Assembly (NCBI GenBank): GCA_000004985.1
Contig: GG738904.1
Strand: one strand, 5' to 3'
From: Naegleria gruberi
Lineage: Eukaryota
Length of the DNA stretch: 64,000 nucleotides
Shown: positions 56,531 to 64,000 of the stretch, piece by piece
Layout: every line of letters begins with the position of its first letter
Numbering within the stretch: position 1 is the first letter of the stretch
Notes under the pieces: generated by a model
Databases searched by the model: none
What the model was told of the DNA's origin: nothing
Seen by the model: the letters and a program-made list of their open reading frames with translations, nothing else
Made by a program: the position numbers and the translations under genes

Positions 56531-57298
56531 TTAATCCTTCTTCACACCAGGACTAATCCATTGCAAAACACTTGGTTGATTGTAAACCCACTTTCTGAAA
56601 TCTTCTTTTGAAATCTTTCCCTTATGTTCTCCTTCAGAATCCCTCTCAGCTTGTTCAAAACATTTATCCACAATTGAATCAATTTCACTTTGTTCAATGA
56701 CTTTGTGTGATGTAGTTTCGTATTCTGGCAAATTTAAACTCTTTCTCACATCCGATAAGAGAGCAAGACTCTTATTGAAAAGACATGATAAAAGATGAGA
56801 CATTTCATGTCTTTCAATAAATCCATTTCCATCTTCATCATAAACAGAAAAGATGACTATTTCCAATATATTATTTCTAATAACATTTCTGTGTGAAACT
56901 TACAATTAAGAATATTTTGAAAATAATTCTGCCAATTCTAACTTTCCGACTATTTCGAATAAATTAACAAGACGAAACTAAGTTTCCACTTACAATGTGT
57001 CTTATCTTGAAGTTCTACGATGGATTTTTCAACATTTCCTCGTTCCTTCTTTTCCAACAACATTCTAGGACTAATTTTGATGGCTGCCAAACGATCAATC
57101 ACATCAAGAGAATCGTATCTTTTAATTTGCAATCGATTAGCACTATTCGAAATTAGACGAAACCATAAAATTAATAAAATTAACATACAGTGACTTGTTG
57201 ACGGCTTTCAAAGGTGTTTTATGAAGAGTTTGCACTGGCTCTTCGTCATCTCCTGTTGTTTCAATTACTGGATTAGCTTCAATATCTTTCAATGACAT
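56531..57298 (-). CDS. EF-hand calcium-binding protein; three exons
   Basis: Exon 1 is 57298..57189 (MSLKDIEANPVIETTGDDEEPVQTLHKTPLKAVNKS). Intron 1 is 57143..57188 (46 nt, GTATGT...ATAG). Exon 2 is 57142..56994. Intron 2 is 56857..56993 (137 nt, GTAAGT...ATAG). Exon 3 is 56856..56531 and carries the canonical EF loop DEDGNGFIERHE. All splice phases are consistent. Confidence 0.55.
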
Positions 57299-57592
57299 TT
57301 TTTTAAAGGTTGGACCTTGATTAATGACAGGTAAAAAATATTGAATTTCACATCAAATCTTTGACATTTTAAAAAGGAAGCTTTTCATCAAGTATGATCC
57401 TCAAAAAACCCTTCATATTAATACACCATTAACATTGTAAACTATTTAACTCTTTACAAAATTAAATATCAATATAATAACTATACACTTTACAATATTA
57501 AATACTTTGCAATGCAAATCCCATTCTGCACTCATTCCTGCATTTTCTTGAACGTGAACTTTGAAATTGCACTTTTGAAACTTTAAAAAAAA

Positions 57593-59159
57593 ATGCTCGA
57601 AAATCAAAACCCACACGAAAATACAAATAATAATTCATCATCTACATTAAAGATGATAGGATCAGGATCAGTTCAATCAATTGAGAAGAGTGTATTCATT
57701 GATATGGATACATTGTGTTATCCAAAATTGCAACACCTCTCACAAGTGGAGGAAAATATCAAGGGAGGATTATTCTATTGAAGATGGTAAGGAACAGCCA
57801 TTTGTCTTGTTGGAAAAATTGGATGGAAGTCTCTGTTCACCAATTATTGAGAGAGTTGTTTCAGAAAGTGATGCTTCTAGTTTGAATAGCTCATTGAAAA
57901 AGAATAATTTTGCTTCAGTTTCTGCAGAGAAAATTGAAAAGAGAGCATATGATACTTTCAGATTGAGAATGAGAACTAAATTGTCGCATACCAATGCTAT
58001 TGTAATGGGTATGGAAGAGTTGATTTATGATTTGGGAGACGAAGGAACAAGGAGAAATGCCAAAGGAGAGGATATCAAGTTAATATTGAATGATCATTTG
58101 AAGAATGTTCCAACTTTCGAATACAAGACAAGTGAAATGACAAAAGAAGAGGAGGAATATTTGGTTTTCAAAATTGATGAACAAGCTTTGGAAATTGATG
58201 CCAATTTCACTCAACTCTCTGAAAAAGTGCAAAACTTTATCAGATTTTGCATTCATTGGATAAATAAGGGTTTCACACCACTCTTTGAATTCTTCAGTAA
58301 GGAACACAAGATTGTCATTGATTATGGAGACAAACCATTCCTATCATTGTTGGCTCTTAGACATACAGTGGATGGTTACTTCCTCCCATATTCACAAGTC
58401 AAGAAGAGTGCTCAACAATATGGCATTGACTGTGTCAAGGAATGCTCAAATGAACAAGTCATAGAAGCAGCCAAGACAGGAGATATGGATGAAATTTTGA
58501 AAGCCATTCGAAATGAAAGAGGCGTCGAAGGATATGTCCTTGTGTTAAATAATGGTTGGATGTTCAAAGTCAAATCCATGTGGTACAATAACATTCACAA
58601 AACCAATGGATTTATCAGTAAGGGAGAATTGAAAGAATCTAGAATATGGCAATATTGTTTCGATTCAAAAATTGATGATGTTATAGGATTTGTTAGAAGA
58701 GACGAGGATAGAATTCGTCTACAAGAATTCAATGACACTGTCATCAATGCTCTGAATAATTATGTCTCAAAAGTTCAACAATTCAAAGAGATAATTCAAC
58801 TTGAATTACAGAAAGAATTCCCAAATACACCAATCGAAGAAATTCCAATGAAAGATTACTCAAGAGTTGCCAAACAAGTAATTAAGGATGAACCAAATTA
58901 TGTTTTCACAGCACTCGTTGTAAATAAGAAGGATCAAACCAGTTTATCATCACTCATTAAGGAATATTGTAGTAGAAATGTTGTCAATCAATTGGGATCT
59001 ATCAAAAACATGCTAGGTTGTCAAGACATTGAATTTATTTCCAGAAGTGAAATTAATAGAAGAGCAAAATTGCAGAGACAGAAAGAAGGAGCTACACAAG
59101 AAGAAGAAGTCAACCAAGAAGAGGACGAAGATTCTGAAGATGCTGCTGAAGATTTATAA
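57593..59159 (+). CDS. ATP-dependent RNA ligase-like (Rnl family) nucleotidyltransferase with apparent 1-nt frameshift
   Basis: Motif I is EKLDGSL (KxDG). Motif IV-like is EGYVLVL and motif V is WMFKVKS, at canonical spacing. The N-terminal 60 aa (ATG at 57593) are in a different frame from the main ORF 57681..59159. The frames can be joined by removing one G from the GGG run at about 57766-57768. No intron fits. Confidence 0.55.
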
Positions 59160-59610
59160 ATCTTAAGATATTCAGAGAGATAATAAGAGACCTAATGCCT
59201 TTCAATACCAATTTTTCTCTAACTCAAAACCAATAATCTAGATCACCATTCTTGGTTTCCCGCCGATTTCTTTCATTTAAAAAATAAAAAAATTCACCAA
59301 TAATTGCTAATTGAGATGAGGATTGATGGTTGTTGATAACTTCAAGTATCAATCTCGGAATAGTCGAATACTATGGCAATAATGAATCTCTCCATCTCTA
59401 AACATTATAATTACATGAACAAATTAAAAGTTTAACGACATCAAGGGAAACAATATTGCCAAATACACAGAGATGATGTTCTGTGATTTGTTGTTTCCAG
59501 AAAATTGTTTAATTGGGAATTAATTTCTATACTGACTAGTGTTGATGATTATTACAGTTTATTGTTCTTCGATACTTTACATCAATCGGAGATTAATTAA
59601 TAGAAAAAAG

Positions 59611-62600
59611 ATGCAAGATAGTTTCGCCTCTTTTAAACACCAATCAGGCCAAAACATGATGAACAGTAGTACAATGGATAGTCAATCTATTGTTGGTCAA
59701 TCCACTCAATTCTCTTTCGAATTGGAATCAGGAACAGACCAACAACCTGATTTGATATCTTCCTTCAATGAAAAGATAACTGGACATCTTACAGACCTTC
59801 AATCAAATTCGAGTTATAATGGTTGGAAATCTATGATATTGTATGGAGCCATCAATTTATATTATTGGTACCTGTTGATAGTGTTACCTTTGGTTCCAAC
59901 ATTTTCTCAGGAAATTTTGAATCCGAATACAACAACCTCTCCATTTGGATATTATGGATCTTGGATATTTAGAGGTATGGCCTTCCCTCTGACTTTGGGA
60001 TTAGACTTACTACCATACGATGGATTTGTGGGTGTTGGAATAGTTGTGCTTTTGGTTACCTTTTTCCTCACATGTTTACATTTACAAAATCTTACACCTA
60101 AACGAAATGCTAAACTTCAAGAGATACTATCAAAGATATTGGGAATTGCTACACACACCTTCCTGTTTATTGGCCCAGCCATGATGTATGCTCTGACAAA
60201 CTTTACCGATTGTCGATCCACAACTGAGGATGGAGTTTTGTCTTTCATGTTGAGTAGAGATAGTTCAGCTGAATGTGTGGCTGGTACAAATATCATCTTT
60301 ATGGTCTTGGCATGTATTGCTCTAATATTTCTAGAGATGGTTATGTTTTTCTCTGGTTTCGTATATCCAATCTTTTCGAGCACTGGTACTATTGCCTTCC
60401 TTCCACAAGATAACACTCCTGTAGCTTTGGTGTTTGCCTCTGTGGGACTAAGAATAATGACTTCTTTCTCAATTCCATCCAATTATTTGTATGGTAGAGC
60501 TGTCTGTCATATTGTCATTGGTATTATTCCTTTAATTGTTATGTTTTATCAAGTTCCTTTTGTACGAATGATTGAGAATGCAATTTATACGGGAATTTTA
60601 GGTGCCTCTATTGGATCTGCTGTAGGAGTATTGGTTAGCACGTTTGTGAGCTCGGGAACTGATATTGGCATGTCTTTGGGTATGCTAGGTATGACAGTTG
60701 GTTGTTCTCTCCTTTTTGGATTGCTTTGCTCTTTAATCATGTTCTTTTACTTGGTTGTGACTGTCAAGAGAGTGAGAAATTTCCTTAAATCCATTGATGA
60801 AGATATTCAAATTATCACTCCTCTCATTGAGAACACTCTAGGGTTAAGAAATATGGAAATATTCTTCAGATTATCCCTCAGAAAACGATTTAGTCCTGAT
60901 TTTAATGAAGATGATGAGAACCTGGAAGATTTTCCTCGCTGCCTTATCTACGCAAAGAGAGAAGCAATGAATAAGAGCTTTATAAATACAGGAATGCTAT
61001 TTCTCTGCGCGACTGCAATCAGCAAGGTGAGGGACATTCAATCTCTTTCTCTCACACTCTTCAAAAAGGCATTGAAATCTTCAAAGAATCCTTTCACGAA
61101 CTACTTAATTACCACTCACATGAAAATTATAGAATTAGGTGTCACTGATGCTATTTCCCTCAAATCATCTCTTTCAGTCTTGGAGAAAAAGAGAGTCGAG
61201 CTCAAGGCCATTCACAAAATGTTTTTCAAAGAATTTACTAATGAAATACCAAACAAGGACAAGATTGAAAACTTTGTAACAATGGCCAATGATATTGTCC
61301 AATATTGTGATCAAACCTTTTCTGTTTTACTTTCAAGAGGTAGGGATAAAACAATACTCAGATATTATGCCAACTATATTGAAACTGTCAAGATGGATAA
61401 AGATGCTGCCTCTGCTCTTATTGACGAAGCTAATTTATTGGAAGAAGAAGATGTAAGAGGAGTTATAAGAAAGGGAAGACACAAGACGAATAGAGTTCTT
61501 CCTACCGATAAAAAAATGACTTTTATTGAGGAAATGTCCCAAACCGGAGAAGAAGATTTTCTTGGACTTGATACTAGACAAGCAACAGAAAAAAAGCAGG
61601 CCATTTATAGAAATGCTCTTGCTGTACCATACAAATCTAATTGGAGATACTTAATGTTGGTTATATTGTCTGTATTGGCTGTGGGTACGCTTTCGGCAAC
61701 TTTAGGATTGGGTCTGTTCAATAGTATTAGAGCAACAGAGACAAATCTAGTTATTCAAAGTTGTTTGCCAATGCTTGTGCCTGAGGGATTATTGAGATAT
61801 GTCAGAATGAGACAAATCATGCTCGAACTATTTACAAATCAAAGAATTTCATTACCAGCTGTTGGCAGTGTTAATAGAGCCAATGTTGACAACTATCTTT
61901 CCTATTTTGAAAATAAGATTGCCACAAAGAGAGATAACCTTTTATCATTGGCTGAAAACTCTAGGTCTCACAGGTTCACAGATAGCATGTACAAGGATTA
62001 TACACAAAGAAAGGAAGTTTATATTCCTGTTCCTTCTAAAAACGGATCTCTAACCTACTTGGAAAACTATATGAAAAATGTGTCAATGAGTGAAATTACG
62101 CTCGAGTTTGCAAAGCATGCCAATTATTTTAGTGAATTTTCGGTTGAAGCTTTCAATACCACAAGTTCTAGCTTTACTTTTATGTTTGTCTTCTTTAACA
62201 GAGTTCAAGCAGCACAAGGTTTCAGATCATTTTGTCAATCATTCCAACAAAGTGAAACAACTTACATTGATGAGAATGATAAGGCCTTATGGACCTACAT
62301 TCTAGTTTCAGGTTCTATTTCTTGTATTTATATTTTATTGTATAGCATTATATCAAGATTGGAAATGGAAAGATTGTCAAGAATCATTAAGCTATATAAG
62401 AAGATTCCAAAAGATACAATTGGTGTAATCTATCACAATTTAGATAAGACCTGTCCAGATCATAACTCTAAATCTGGCAGAACCTTCTTGTCTAAACCAA
62501 AGAATTTAGCAATCATGTTACCAGTAGTTTTGTTGATTTTATATAGTGCTACTGCAGCTCTAATTTACTTTGAAAGTTCAATGAATATTGCAAATTCAAA

Positions 62601-64000
62601 AGATGCCATTACCTCTGTTGATAACTTGGCTGTACTTACAAGATTTACAGTCAAGTTGAGCACTAAGTTGGGAGAAATGTTTGCTTTCTTTAGTGTACCT
62701 CATGGAAGACCTGTTAACGCTGCTGTTACTTTTGATCAGGTTGAGCTGTACAGAAATGAAGTTAGAGATTTTGCCACCATTGTTCAAGATTCATACGATT
62801 CATTCATTGAAACCTATACTAGAGGCAGTAGTGGTGGAGTGGTTGGTAAATATCCAGCTATTGATGAACTAGTTGGTGGACCTGCAAATTGTACTGGTGA
62901 TAGAAACTGTTCATTACAAGCAATGTTATCGAGCTACGTCTCACAAGTTACTACCATGGCTGAGGAATATTTCAATCCACTCTTTTCTGCCCAAGTAGAA
63001 CCAACATTTTACAAATATTTGTCACTCTATAATATGAATGAGGAAATTTATGATAGAGTAATGAAGATTCTAGATTTACTCGAAAAGCACACCTCAGAGT
63101 CCTCTAAAGTTATCTCAATTGTAACATTTGCTGTATTTTTCCTCTTTCTATTTTTGGTTTCCTTCTTGCTGTACAGATCTGCTCAAGTGTACGATGATGA
63201 AATTACCACAATTCGTTCCCTGTTGAGCTACTTACCACTTGATTATTTGGAATCTAATGAACAAATTAAGAATTTTATATTCTTCAATGGTTTCAAATCA
63301 GAAAAGGTTGCTAAAAAAGAAGAAGATGAAAATTCAATGAACAACTTACTTGATTCTATGGTAGATGGTGCATTCTTATCCAATGAGAGAGGTGAAGTTG
63401 TGCTTTTCAATAAGGCTGCTCAAAAGGTATGTCAAATATTTTNNNNNNNNNNNNNNNNNNNNNNNNNNNNNNNNNNNNNNNNNNNNNNNNNNATTACCAG
63501 ATACAAGGGTGCAAAGTACATGGTCTGTTTCATTAAAGATATCACTCCTGAAAAGAAACAAAAAGCTCTATTAGCAGAAGAAAAGAAGAACTCTGAAGCA
63601 TTATTGAGAAATATTCTACCTGAGGCAGTTGCCAGTAAATTGAAATCAGGAGATACCTTCATTGCTGAAAGATTTACTGATGTGACTTGTTTCTTCTCTG
63701 ATATGTAAGTAGTTTCATAGTATTTCCATTTTTACTAAGCAATTAAAATAGGGTCGGATTTACAAGTTTATCTTCCAATATGAATCCTTCTGATTTAGTG
63801 TTAATGTTGAATGAAATTGTAAATGGTTTTGATGACTTGACTGACAAGTACACTTTAGAAAAGATTAAAACTATTGGAGATGCTTATTTCTGTGTGGGTG
63901 GACTGTAAGTATTTAACTGTAAATGATAACCATCTAACTATTTCAATAACCAGTCATAACAACTCTCAATCAGATCACCCTGAACGTGTTCTCAGATTTT
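59611..64000 (+). CDS. multi-pass membrane PAS-domain class III nucleotidyl (adenylyl/guanylyl) cyclase, 3'-partial
   Basis: There is an N-terminal cluster of about 10 TM helices, then a large middle region, then further TM helices, then a PAS-like segment (MVDGAFLSNERGEVVLFNKAAQKVCQIF...ITRYKGAKYMVCFIKDIT). The cyclase domain is split by short introns: 63705..63751 (47 nt, GTAAGT) and 63905..63953 (49 nt, GTAAGT). Splicing gives FFSDMVGFTSLSSNMNPSDLVLMLNEIVNGFDDLTDKYTLEKIKTIGDAYFCVGGL. The probable ATG is at 59611 (aaaaaagATG), with an alternative at 59545. A 50-nt N gap lies in the coding region. Confidence 0.7.
63443..63492. other. assembly gap (50 N)
   Basis: Run of N characters inside the PAS-coding part of the cyclase gene. 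The flanking reading frame is preserved. Confidence 0.95.

Noticed and set aside
57784-57800. GTAAGG at 57787 as an intron donor joining the two RNA-ligase ORFs
   Set aside because: The nearest acceptor is only a few nt downstream. No intron of plausible size (42 nt or more) fits within the short overlap, so a 1-nt indel is the simpler explanation.
63427-63499. Possible intron GTATGT...CAG spanning the N gap
   Set aside because: The residues across the GTATGT (AAQKVCQIF) read as normal PAS-domain sequence. Splicing there would also put the downstream exon out of frame.
1-64000. Prokaryotic or phage interpretation (operons, CRISPR, defence islands)
   Set aside because: Four lines of evidence mark this as eukaryotic nuclear DNA. 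There are spliceosomal introns with GTAAGT donors. The tRNAs are eukaryote-type, including an elongator Met. There are ubiquitin, F-box, RGS, BTB and NHL domains. There are no Shine-Dalgarno-spaced gene arrays.

Overview
This is eukaryotic nuclear DNA, AT-rich (roughly one-third GC by eye) and gene-dense. I see about 30 protein-coding genes on both strands and four dispersed eukaryote-type tRNA genes: Lys-CTT, Pro-TGG, Gln-TTG and elongator Met-CAT. There are no prokaryotic or CRISPR features. Most genes are single long exons. A minority carry very short spliceosomal introns of 42-76 nt (one of 137 nt) with GTAAGT or GTATGT donors and YAG acceptors. Start codons sit in an A-rich context, typically aaaaaaATG. 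The ORF track prints TTG and GTG starts as M, so I re-derived the true ATG starts.

The coding content is dominated by signalling and membrane proteins. There are three membrane-anchored RGS-domain proteins (two 7TM-RGS fusions and one 2TM-RGS), a large multi-pass PAS plus class III nucleotidyl cyclase that runs off the 3' end, two degenerate pseudokinase-like genes, an N-myristoylated P-loop GTPase, a Sel1-BTB protein, an F-box protein, an NHL beta-propeller, a DUF4116-repeat protein and an EF-hand protein.

Unusual genes include a bacterial-type PARG (DUF2263 macro domain) whose motif is restored only by splicing a 49-nt intron, an Rnl-type RNA ligase (KxDG) with an apparent 1-nt frameshift, and a GSI-type glutamine synthetase. 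Others are a 407-aa protein with an internal ubiquitin domain ending LRLRGGG, a secreted Lys/Cys-rich repeat protein next to tRNA-Lys(CTT), and a secreted KPKK-repeat protein.

Two structural features stand out. The first is a roughly 1-1.2 kb inverted segmental duplication of a multi-pass (7TM/5TM) membrane-protein gene. Its two copies flank a 7TM-RGS gene and tRNA-Gln, and their intron has diverged far more than their exons. The second is an 8-kb gene-poor stretch (23.3-31.2 kb) that carries two paralogous small S/T-rich KKRK proteins and a recurrent GTTTCGAATA / CTGTAGTTTCGAA motif. A 50-nt assembly gap (N-run) lies inside the cyclase gene.

The lineage cannot be fixed from sequence alone. 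The composition resembles a compact protist or early-diverging fungal genome.
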